Positions 49,983 through 61,307 of a DNA stretch of 64,000 bases are shown one piece after another; position 1 is the first letter of the stretch, and each line of letters begins with the position of its first letter. The DNA comes from Selaginella moellendorffii. Taxonomy: Eukaryota; Plantae; Lycopodiophyta. The notes below the pieces were generated by a model. It made no database searches and was not told the DNA's origin. It saw only the letters and a list, made by a program, of their open reading frames with translations. Position numbers and translations under genes: made by a program. The stretch covers positions 817,437 to 881,436 of the forward strand of contig NW_003314337.1 of the NCBI RefSeq assembly GCF_000143415.4, written 5' to 3'.

Positions 49983-50174
49983 ATGGCATGAGGCCTCATG
50001 CCATCTTTAGCCCCTACTAGCCTATTGCCATATTCCTTTTGCCTTGCTGCAACTGTATATATTTTTGTATGGGTGACTAGTCACGCACACAAAAATATAT
50101 ACAGTTGCAGCAAGGCAAAAGGAATATAGCAACAGGCTAGCAGGGGCCAAAGATAGCGTGAGGCCTCATGCCAT
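49983..50174. repeat. 192-bp near-perfect inverted repeat (hairpin) upstream of the transposase
   Basis: Arms symmetric about GTGACTAGTCAC (50073-50084), each end bounded by a 22-bp palindrome. Confidence 0.9.
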
Positions 50175-50359
50175 TAGTGCCACTAATGGCATGAGGGCTC
50201 ATGCCAATTTTGTGAATGCGAAATTTCACGTGGGTGTCAATAGCATGTTTGAATAATGGCATGTGGCCTCATGCTATTGAGGTTGTTTGGTATGTTATGA
50301 TTTAGGCCATTCTCCAATCATTTTTTGTATGGTCTTAACTTCTTTTCTGCACTTTCAGA

Positions 50360-53300
50360 ATGGCTTTCAGGGTTGGGGAAAAGGTTTACATTTTGAATGG
50401 TGGGAAGAGAGTTGCAAAAGGGACCCTTGTGTCTATGGATCGGAACTTTGTTATACACTGTCAAAGGCTTGGGGAAGGCAATGCTGCTGTATCAGTAGAG
50501 ACTGTCTTCGATGGGAATGTGGTTGCTATTGAACGAGGAGAGATGGTCGTCGGGGTAAATGTTGTTGTTGCCTTGAAAAATCTTCAGAAGAAAGCAGATG
50601 TTGGGGACAGCGCAAGTGCGACGCATGTTCCCTCCGTGGATCTTAAGAACCGTGCTACATGGATTCAGGCAAAGGTGTTTCTAAACAACCCCGAGGGGGA
50701 GGTGGTAGCTGAGGGCTTAGCCACAGTTGTCGATCCAAGAGATGCGGTTGCTAATCAAGAATTGGGCTGGGATGATATTGGAGTTGCGATTTTAGAGGTT
50801 GTTGACACAGAAGAAAACAGTCTGACTATTGGAAGCATTGTGCGGTGGAAATTGAGGCACTTAGTGTTTGAGAATGTGAAGGATTCACAATCAAACACCA
50901 CTACAACTGATGACAGAACATCTCTTCATGGGAAAAGAAAGTACACCTTCCTAAAGCGCAGCCAAAGGGATCTGAGCAACGAACCGAAAAGGCAGAAAAT
51001 GGCGATGGAGGTTCGAATGGTCTCAACAGTTGCTTGTTGCAAGAGGAGGTGCTGTCAACATGCTGATTGGGATGCTATTGAAGAGGAGAGAGCAAGATAC
51101 AAGACATTGTCCTGGAAGGCAGCTCGCAATTTTGTGTATGAGGCATTACGGTCATCTGTTGATGCTTCAGAACATCAGGTGGGGGGCATGGTCTTCCAGA
51201 GGGGTTTGGTCTGCATGAAGGCATGGAGAATCATTTATGGAGTCCCTCGAAGCACATTCTACAGAATCAAAACTGAGTTCGAGGAACAAAGGGTTCAACA
51301 GGCAGTCCATGGGAACGACGGTACGCACAAAACCAGGGGTCATGTTGTATATGGAGAGGCAATCTTCAAGAGGTTTGTCGAGACATGTAGCGAGCAGCAA
51401 CCACATAAAACCCGCCTCTTGGAAGATGGAACACGAGACACCCAACGAGTTCTCCCTTCCATGTATACCAAGGGGGCCATATTGGAAGATGTGAATCGGG
51501 AACTCCAGAGTAATGGCTACAGGAAGCTGAGCCAATCTAGATTTAGTAGATTGTGGAGCAACAGGTTCAGGGATGTGAGTATAGGAAAGTACTCCAGCTT
51601 TTCAAAGTGTGACGAGTGCACTGCTATCAAAATGGCTTTGTCGAAGAATTCTTGCAGCGCTCAAGAGCGAGAGACGTTGGTTAGAAGGCGGCTCGACCAC
51701 AACATCGAGCAGAGAAGCTGCAGGACTGCATATTATCATAACAGGATTCTCTCCATGGAGAGACCTGACTCTTACCTCTGCATCATCCACGACAAAATGG
51801 ACCAGAAAAAGACGTGCTTACCTCGACTCAATCCTGCCCCCAAGGCAATCTCTTCATCCATGCAGCTGCCTGTGTCTCTGTTTGGCATAATCGCTCATGG
51901 GCATGGTGCCCAGAACTATGGGAACTTCTTTGTACCTCTATGGGGTGGCGGGGGTGCAAACATGATGATTGCGTCCCTAGCAAAACACTTAAGGTCTCTG
52001 CAAAGTGCGCAGACTGAGCTGAACGGCCAACCCTTGCATAAGGCCCTTGTCGATCGAACCCCATACAGGGTTCAGCTGGAGGAGGAGCAAAGGCTTGCAG
52101 TATCGCGTGGGGCCCCATGCCATCCCAGTGAATATGTTGGCCGTCAGATTGTAGGGTTATCACGTGAGGCCTCATGCCATTCCGACGAGGCTGGTCGCCC
52201 GGTGAATGCACAGCCTCATCCAAACGAAGCAGAATCTCAAGGAAGTTCTTGCGGCCGATGTGGCCTTCCACCCCATCTTCTGCTCCAAACAGACAATGCT
52301 GGCAGTGAGAACAAAAACATGTACGTCTTCGCGTACTTGGCGATGCTTGTTGCCAAAGGCATATTTGAAACGGTTACACTTGGCTTTCTCATGGTTGGGC
52401 ACACTCATGAAAACGTCGATGCCATGTTTAGTCACCTGGCAGAGTCCCTCCGGCGATCCAATGTCCTCACCCTCCCACAACTCTACGATGAATTCCAAAA
52501 TTGCATCAAAGGCACTGTTGAAGCTGCACTTCTGACAGAGGTTCCAGACTTTAAGGGGTTTGTAAGAGGCTACATCAGGGACGGATCCGAAATGCTAATT
52601 GGCCACTCCAAGCCTCTTCAGTTTCATTTCAGCATGCGTGACGGTGCTCCAGTGATGAGGTACAAGATGAGAGAATGGGACACAGTGTGGCTGCCAGTGG
52701 ACGGCATTGAACTCTTCAAGAGAGATCCCATAACTGGGGAACCTATGATTCCTCAGGGTTCCCCACGGCCGATGCACCCGGATGGACTCAAAGACCAGGA
52801 AAGTATAGTGGCCGGGATTAGACAGCATATTGCCTTCTGGAAGAGGGGGTTGGTGTTTGGTGGAGAATCCTATTTTTAGAGGTGCAAGCCTTTGCTCGAA
52901 TACTGGGAGAAGATTATATTTGCTATCCAAAATGGGCCGGTTGTATATGAAGAATTGGAAGAGTCCTTTTGGCCAGAACCCAGAGCACCAGATAGTAGCG
53001 GAACAATGTCCTTTGGAAATGCAGTGACAGATAACGATGTTGAGGATCATTATTGTGGGCCGAGGAACAAGAAGCCGGATTCAGCATTCAATCCAGTACA
53101 GGTCTGCAAAGGAATGGTCGTGCTTGTCAGACCCAGTAATAAAAAACAAATGATATGGGTGGGGCGCTGCATCACTGATGCAGAGGAGGACGCAGAAACT
53201 AACTCCTTCAATGTAACTGTGGAGTGGTTCAAGCCAAGTTCCGGATATACGAAGGATTGCCTAGAAAAGAGATGGGTGTTGAATCCAAGGGATCCCAGCA

Positions 53301-53428
53301 TGAGCATATTGGTGGATAATGTTGTGCATGGTTGGATGCGGAAGCAGAGTGCCACCATCACCTTGCCAGACCATGCAAGAGATGCAGCAAGAGCATTCAT
53401 AACCCGGGTTCAAGGTGAGATTCATTAA
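50360..53428 (+). CDS. DDE/D transposase (Sola-like); in-frame TAG at 52877 separates a 3' extension (52880-53428)
   Basis: CCKRRCC, VCMKAW, HGN, CDEC, HDKMDQ, LQTDNAGSENKN, FLMVGHTHENVDAMFS; splice acceptor TTTCAG just before the ATG; downstream ORF in the same frame. Confidence 0.85.
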
Positions 53429-55410
53429 TATTCCTTTACTAAGTTTCTAATGTATTTTATTTCAAGGTGAACAATCCGAATCTAAATCAGAGGAGGCGTG
53501 ATGGCATGTGGCCTTACGCCATTCCTAGGTGAGATGATACAAATAACAAGTATAAATTCTTAGTTGTTCTAGCAAATCTTACTTAAAGTTCAAGGTGAAC
53601 AAGCCAAATATGAATTCATCGGATTGTTATAACAAATTGCGAGGTGATGGCATGAGGCGATACGCCACTTGAGAGTGGTAGCCATTCTTATATGAGGTGA
53701 GTGAAATATTTATTAGAAATACCTCATTCAATTGTGCACTTCTAAGTCTTGGTCCACTCAGTACTGTTTGCATGTTTTTATTTTAATTCTTTATCTAAAA
53801 TGTTATTTAGCATGTGGCTTCATGCCATTGCTCTCCACAATCATGCATTGAATTTTTCTATCCTTGCATAATACTTCTCCATATATATAGCATGTGCGCA
53901 CATGTGATATGGTTCATTAGGCCTGATATAGTGTGTGAGGTAAAACAAAGATGATGTGATATATGCATTTACCAATCACACGTGCATAAATCTAATAATA
54001 TGGTGTGTGGCCAATATTAATGGCACATAAACCCATATTGTGGGCTTACGTGCTTTATGTACCATCATTCCCTCTCAGCGTGTGTGTTGGTTTCCTTTTA
54101 TAACACAACGAACTCCATATTTTAGGGTGAAGAGTGTTCTCATGGCAAGCACAAAATCTGTAAGTGAGGCAGTAGAATATATAAGTCTTCCAAACTCCCC
54201 GTACTATACTCCAGGTGATCATTTTTCTGAACAAACGGCAACATTAACAACTATCGAGAACGCCCCAGTAACGTCAGAGACAACAATCCAAAGCAAAACA
54301 ACTGACCCGGAGAAGGATGATAGTACCGCTGAGAGTACCAAAAAGGAGGTGTCCACTAGCGCTTAGGCTTATAATGGCGTGTGCCCTCATGCCATTTACT
54401 TGATCACCAAATACCTTTTTCCCTTTGCACTAGTATATCTTAATACCGGTCTGAGAAATAGAATGGCATGTGCCCTCAGGCCTTTTACTAAATCACCTTT
54501 GAAAGAAATGCAAGCCTCTATGTCGTAAAAAAAAGGTACTAGAGAAATTCCTTAATAATATGAATGTTATTTAGTTTCATGAAAATACACTAAGGGTCAA
54601 ATGAGTTAAACGACTTCTCCAGACTAGCAATGCCTCTTGCTACACCTTCACAATTAGATTCGTTAGAAAAAGATAACATTGAATAATATCTAAATGTTCT
54701 CACCATTAAGTTATATATCTAGCTAATAGGAATGACGTTCATCTTGGAAAGCTCACCACACGCTCAATGAACAAACAAATAATGTGTGCGTGCATGCCAT
54801 CGCTCTTCTTTAGCTTCAGATTCGGCTTGTTCACCTTGACAATGAGATTTATTATACAACCAGATGGACTCAGTCTGGACACAAAGTCACCGCGCTAGTC
54901 ACCATGCCCCAGATATGTCTAGCCCCTGGACAAAAAACATATAATTTCATGTCATTTTCAAATACTTGAAAATTTGTACCTAGTCCCATTTTACTGAATA
55001 AATCCCACTTTAACGAAATAGAGCTTAATTCCCGCTTAGGGGGAATCCACCTGACCGCCATTCCTACTGTTCGAGGGAGGACCGGCTGGAAGCCATCTCC
55101 TTCGACATCCGTAATAGGTCCCTCGAACAGTTTGGGCTGTGAGGATGAGCCCAAGAGTGGTGGGGCGACCGGGAAGCGAATGTGGGGAGCTTGGTCCGGA
55201 GGGCGTGCCTTCAAGATCCGCTCCTGCTCTGCAGGTAACTCAAACGGCTTCTGGGATGCCAACCTGTTCCGCTTGACTGAGCAGGCCTCCTCCCGGTGTC
55301 CAGCACGCTGACAAAAGTTGCATCTAGGTTCTGAGTTCTCCGTTTGGATCCTGATGTACTGGCCCAGCACTGCGATCTCTGTCGGGATTTCAGCCGGGGC
55401 TGACACGACC

Positions 55411-56930
55411 AATCCGGCGAGATCGCTGAACGTGTATGTACATTCCCCATGTCCCAATGGGACTAATACAAAAAATGGGCATGCCGCCCTCTCCATGAGC
55501 TACTCTACGTGATCCTCATATGCCGCAGCTAGACCTAGTCCTGGAGTAGAAGTGGACGTGGTCATCTGGAGCGAATCATGTCGATGTCCAAGTCTCCCCC
55601 ACGAGCTGACCTTAGAACAGAGTCTGGGGGGCGCCATTGCCAGCGAATCTCGCCACCTCCCAATTTGCCGAAGCATGGGAGCCACCTAGATCTCCACTCC
55701 TCGAGCTGCCTCGGTTTCGCCCGCTCTTTCAGGATGGTGTAGTGAAGACGCACCGCTGCAAGAGTGAGTCTCCACCATGATGCCACCACTGCCGATATTC
55801 TCGCTTGTTGCCCATCAAAGCGACAGTGGTTCCGCGCCTCCCAAAGTGCCTGCAGTCCTGTTGCCCTCCAAATGGACCAGCGCTCTTGGCCCAACACCTC
55901 CCAGATGGACATCCCAACTTCAGCCCCTGTCACGTCCCACCGGACTCGCATGTTCCATCGGTGCCGTCCGTAGCAGCGAATACGCCTCCAAGCTGGACCA
56001 ATGGCTGGGCCTCTAGCTCCCTCAAACCAGTGGAGGATATCCCCACTCCGAGCCTCAAACTCTGGAATGTCTCCGAGTTCCTGCGTCGCCTTGAAGATCT
56101 GTCGCCAAACTTCTCTCGCCACGTCGCATTCCCATAGGACATGTCGCGCTGTCTCCAGCTCGCCACACTCCTTGCACCGTCGGCATGCTTCTTCCTGGAA
56201 CCGCTGTCCTACCGGCAACCCGTTATTTGCCACCAACCAAGAGGTGGCCTTGACTTTCTCCTGTACCGGTAGTTTCCAGAACGCAAGCGTGTTGCCCACC
56301 ACCTGATTTGCTTCAACTCCTTGCTCGATCCATTTCTTCCAGAGCTTGGGGATCTCCCCTCGGGCCTCCTCCCTACTGGTCAAGAGACCATCCCTTGCTT
56401 CCTTGACGCCGAAGGAGAAAAAGCTCCTCGCTCCTCGTTTCCATGCTGCGGGGTCCCAATCCAGATCCTCGATGAGCTGCTGTCGCCACCATCTAAGAAT
56501 GCCTTCCCCCTCTAGTGCGGCCAACGATTGAACCACCACCGATTGTTTCGGAGCCTGTCGTATTACTCGAATCCTACCCTTGACCTCGTCATCCGTCACC
56601 ATCGGCATGACCTGTTCGTCCCCTGCTGGCAACAGCATGTCGCCTCTCAAGACTCGAAAAGGACGCCCAACATTTTGGTCTGGAGACACAACGAACCATA
56701 CCTCCACATCCCTGTCCTCCCAAGCTGGTGTTGGGGCCGTAAACGCCCGTGTCCAGGCCCCCAAGCTAACTCGTTCCCTGTCTGACTCCACGTCCCGTTG
56801 CAGAGCCACAAAGTCTCCAGATTTGAGACAACGCCTAGGCCAAAGCTGCCCCTGCTTCGCCTCACTCACTGCTCTGATAATGCGAAGAAGATCAAGGTGG
56901 ACTTTCCTCCACCGTACCGGGTTAAAGACA
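55411..56930 (-). mobile_element. LINE A copy 3, 5'-truncated (1.5 kb)
   Basis: 3' end of ORF2 (55562-56929) plus the shared terminus. Confidence 0.93.
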
Positions 56931-58636
56931 AATCCGGCGAGATCGCTAAACATATATGTACATTACCCCAATCCCAAAGGGATCAAAACTACATTGAGAG
57001 CGCACTCTCGAAGAAACTAGTGAAACTATGAGCGCGAACGCCCGGCGCTGCTCTTGGGCCGTCCGCCTCCCAGGTGACTCCACCGCGGAGCTTGAAGCCA
57101 CCTGCTTCGCCTCGCCACTCCTCCACTCGATCACAATGATGCCAAGCCAGACGAACACCATGTCGATCTAGCTCGACGTCGTCGCAGCCAAGCGGTCCAA
57201 CTCGAGCACGATGACCCAGCGTCGCTCATGGGTCACTCGCCTCCAAGGTGACTCCACTGCACAAGCTGAAGCCACCTGTTACGCCCCAAGACGTGATGCT
57301 GTGTCTTGGAGCGCCTACCTCCCCAGTGTACTTCCAGCACTAAGTCAGTGCCCATTGCGAGCAAACTCCAAGGCGTAGAACAAGCAAGGTGTGAGCCTCC
57401 TCCAGCTCTAGACTAGAGCGTGCTATCTTGCCTCCCACACTAGACAAGTGCGCTGGCCCCCTTCAATGATATACGAGCCCCCGTTGCCGGCATCGCGACA
57501 ATCACAAGACTTGCAAGCCTCCGCAAACCTCCTCAAAGGACTAGCCCTGAAGCAAGAACCATGTGGGATTCCCTCCGCGAGCAAACCAACTCGGCCATCC
57601 GCCACTGGCCCCCTTTGTGACAGCACTTCCCTGTCACTAGATCCAAAAATGCGCCCATAGTGTCTTCCACGTCCATCCACCACGGACACTTCGCTATGTC
57701 GAGATGTCGTCCCGAACTGTCCTCCACCAGTCAACAAAGATCCCATGACTTGGTCGTGTTTCCACGACTCAAGTCGCCAAGAACTTCCGACACATGCAGC
57801 TTCACGCTCTCCGTACCTTAGTCGCCACCTTGCATGGCCCGACCTAAGGCGAGAAATCCCGCTCGAAGCTGCGAGACCAGCAACCGTCGCGTTTCCACCA
57901 TGTTGCTGCCGTGCCAACCACATGCAACGAAGATCCCTGACACTTAGAGTGGCCGGATCGAAGATCCCGCCGCCACCCTAAGTCCTGCCCTAACCGCAGT
58001 TAGCCAAGAACCCTAACCCTAGCCACGAATTAGGACAGGTGAGAACTCTGAGACCGTGAAGAATTTTTGCCTGCGCTTCTGGGAGGGTGTGAGGCTCCCT
58101 CCCAGCTATGCCCCTGTGAATTTTTGTGCAAAAAATTCCAAGCCGTTCAGGAGTTATGAGCTCCCAAAAAACTTGAAACCATGAGAAGCGAAAAAAGAAG
58201 AGGAGGAGAGGAGAGCGTCCAGCTGCTGCAGCCGTGGTGTTCCTGACTGCCCTCTCCACTCCTCCAAATCTCTAAGCCCCGAAAAACCCTAGCCGCCGCC
58301 GAAGAACCCTAAAAACAGCAGCGACCTAGGGCCAGCGAGATCTCCAGATCCGTGGCAGATCTCGCCGCGGCCTTCTAGGAGGATGAGAATCTACACTCCT
58401 AGAAGCCCCCCGTCGAAGGAATCGAGGTTTCTCCCAGCCGTTTGGGAGATATCGATAAAAACGACAGAGAGCGAGAGAGAAGAGGAGAAAGAGGAGGGAG
58501 ACGAGCTCCGTGTGTTGCTGCCGCGGTCTGCGATGCTTGTGCCGCCCTGGACGCTCGCTCCCTCCCTCTTTCTCACACTCTCTCTCTAGCGCCTTCGAGC
58601 TCTCTCCTCAAACAACTTAGGGCTTTTGCGCGCGCA
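56931..58636 (-). mobile_element. Element B copy 2 (longest copy, probably full length, 1.7 kb)
   Basis: Ends TTAGGGCTTTTGCGCGCGC on the + strand, resembling the A1 5' end. Confidence 0.9.
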
Positions 58637-59631
58637 AATCCGGCGAGATCGCTAAACATATATGTACATTACCCCAATCCCAAAGGGATCAAAACTACAT
58701 TGAGAGCGCACTCTCGAAGAAACTAGTGAAACTATGGGCGCAAACGCCCGGCGCTGCTCTTGGGCCGTCCGCCTCCCAGGTGACTCCACCGCGGAGCTTG
58801 AAGCCACCTGCTTCGCCTCGCCACTCCTCCACTCGATCACAATGATGCCAAGCCAGACGAACACCATGTCGATCTAGCTCAACGTCGTCGCAGCCAAGCG
58901 GTCCAACTCGAGCACGATGACCCGGCGTCGCTCATGGGTCACTCGCCTCCAAGGTGACTCCACTGCACAAGCTGAAGCCACCTGTTACGCCCCAAGACGT
59001 GATGCTGTGTCTTGGAGCGCCTACCTCCCCAGTGTACTTCCAGCACTAAGTCAGTGCCCATTGCGAACAAACTCCAAGGCGTAGAACAAGCAAGGTGTGA
59101 GCCTCCTCCAGCTCTAGACTAGAGCGTGCTACCTTGCCTCCCACACTAGACAAGTGCGCTGGCCCCCTTCAATGATATACAAGCCCCCGTTGCCGGCATC
59201 GCGACAATCACAAGACTTGCAAGCCTCCGCAAACCTCCTCAAAGGACTAGCCCTGAAGCAAGAACCATGTGGGATTCCCTCCGCGAGCAAACCAACTCGG
59301 CCATCCGCCACTGGCCCCCTTTGTGACAGCACTTCCCTGTCACTAGATCCAAAAATGCGCCCATAGTGTCTTCCACGTCCATCCACCACGGACACTTCGC
59401 TATGTCGGGATGTCGTCCCGAACTGTCCTCCACCAGTCAACAAAGATCCCATGACTTGGTCGTGTTTCCACGACTCAAGTCGCCAAGAACTTCCGACACA
59501 TGCAGCTTCACGCTCTCCGTACCTTAGTCGCCACCTTGCATGGCCCGACCTAAGGCGAGAAATCCCGCTCGAAGCTGCAAGACCAGCAACCGTCGCGTTT
59601 CCACCATGTTGCTGCCGTGCCAACCACACAA
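58637..59631 (-). mobile_element. Element B copy 3, 5'-truncated
   Basis: Homology to B stops at CAACCACA. Confidence 0.9.
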
Positions 59632-61307
59632 AATCCGGCGAGATCGCTAAACATATATGTACATTACCCCAATCCCAAAGGGATCAAAACTACATTGAGA
59701 GCGCACTCTCGAAGAAACTAGTGAAACTATGAGCGCGAACGCCCGGCGCTGCTCTTGGGCCGTCCGCCTCCCAGGTGACTCCACCGCGGAGCTTGAAGCC
59801 ACCTGCTTCGCCTCGCCACTCCTCCACTCGATCACAATGATGCCAAGCCAGACGAACACCATGTCGATCTAGCTCGACGTCGTCGCAGCCAAGCGGTCCA
59901 ACTCGAGCACGATGACCCAGCGTCGCTCATGGGTCACTCGCCTCCAAGGTGACTCCACTGCACAAGCTGAAGCCACCTGTTACGCCCCAAGACGTGATGC
60001 TGTGTCTTGGAGCGCCTACCTCCCCAGTGTACTTCCAGCACTAAGTCAGTGCCCATTGCGAGCAAACTCCAAGGCGTAGAACAAGCAAGGTGTGAGCCTC
60101 CTCCAGCTCTAGACTAGAGCGTGCTACCTTGCCTCCCACACTAGACAAGTGCGCTGGCCCCCTTCAATGATATACGAGCCCCCGTTGCCGGCATCGCGAC
60201 AATCACAAGACTTGCAAGCCTCCGCAAACCTCCTCAAAGGACTAGCCCTGAAGCAAGAACCATGTGGGATTCCCTCCGCGAGCACACCAACTCGGCCATC
60301 CGCCACTGGCCCCCTTTGTGACAGCACTTCCCTGTCACTAGATCCAAAAATGCGCCCATAGTGTCTTCCACGTCCATCCACCACGGACACTTCGCTATGT
60401 CGAGATGTCGTCCCGAACTGTCCTCCACCAGTCAACAAAGATCCCATGACTTGGTCGTGTTTCCACGACTCAAGTCGCCAAGAACTTCCGACACATGCAG
60501 CTTCACGCTCTCCGTACCTTAGTCGCCACCTTGCATGGCCCGACCTAAGGCGAGAAATCCCGCTCGAAGCTGCGAGACCAGCAACCGTCGCGTTTCCACC
60601 ATGTTGCTGCCGTGCCAACCACATGCAACGAAGATCCCTGACACTTAGAGTGGCCGGATCGAAGATCCCGCCGCCACCCTAAGTCCTGCCCTAACCGCAG
60701 TTAGCCAAGAACCCTAACCCTAGCCACGAATTAGGACAGGTGAGAACTCTGAGACCGTGAAGAATTTTTGCCTGCGCTTCTGGGAGGGTGTGAGGCTCCC
60801 TCCCAGCTATCCCCCTGTGAATTTTTGTGGAAAAATTCCAAGCCGTTCAGGAGTTATGAGCTCCCAGAAAACTTGAAACCATGAGAAGCGAAAAAAGAAG
60901 AGGAGGAGAGGAGAGCGTCCAGCTGCTGCAGCCGTGGTGTTCCTGACTGCCCTCTCCACTCCTCCAAATCTCTAAGCCCCGAAAAACCCTAGCCGCCGCC
61001 GAAGAACCCTAAAAACAGCAGCGACCTAGGGCCAGCGAGATCTCCAGATCCGTGGCAGATCTCGCCGCGGCCTTCTAGGAGGATGAGAATCTACACTCCT
61101 AGAAGCCCCCCGTCGAAGGAATCGAGGTTTCTCCCAGCCGTTTGGGAGATACCGATAAAAACGACAGAGAGCGAGAGAGAAGAGGAGAAAGAGGAGGGAG
61201 ACGAGCTCCGTGTGTTGCTGCCGCGGTCTGCGATGCTTGTGCCGCCCTGGACGCTCGCTCCCTCCCTCTTTCTCACACTCTCTCTCTAGCGCCTTCGAGC
61301 TCTCTCA
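59632..61307 (-). mobile_element. Element B copy 4 (lacks the last ~30 nt of the 5' end)
   Basis: Same end point as B copy 0. Confidence 0.9.

Larger units (their letters stand above)
41131..55026. mobile_element. 13.9 kb TIR DNA transposon, Sola-like, with cargo gene(s)
   Basis: Perfect 24-bp TIRs AAGCTCTATTTCGTTAAAGTGGGA (41131-41154 and 55003-55026); AATT duplicated at 41127-41130 and 55027-55030 versus the empty site GGGACTTAATTCCCG at ~23542. Confidence 0.93.
36249..55410 (-). mobile_element. LINE A copy 2, 5'-truncated within ORF1, interrupted by a 13.9 kb DNA transposon
   Basis: ORF1 sequence resumes exactly at 55031 after the insertion; truncated at ~55408. Confidence 0.93.

Noticed and set aside
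52100-52154. Palindrome-containing intron within the transposase
   Set aside because: The candidate GT-AG is 55 nt and would break an already open frame
54040-54366. 108-aa ORF near the right TIR
   Set aside because: No recognisable motif, low complexity, non-ATG start
41504-54800. Palindromic repeats or array junction motifs as a CRISPR array
   Set aside because: Irregular spacing, degenerate copies, no cas genes, eukaryotic context
54870-55496. 208-aa ORF, and the N-termini of ORFs 55562-56953 and 36373-40350
   Set aside because: Chimeric frames crossing element junctions or a frameshift; not independent genes
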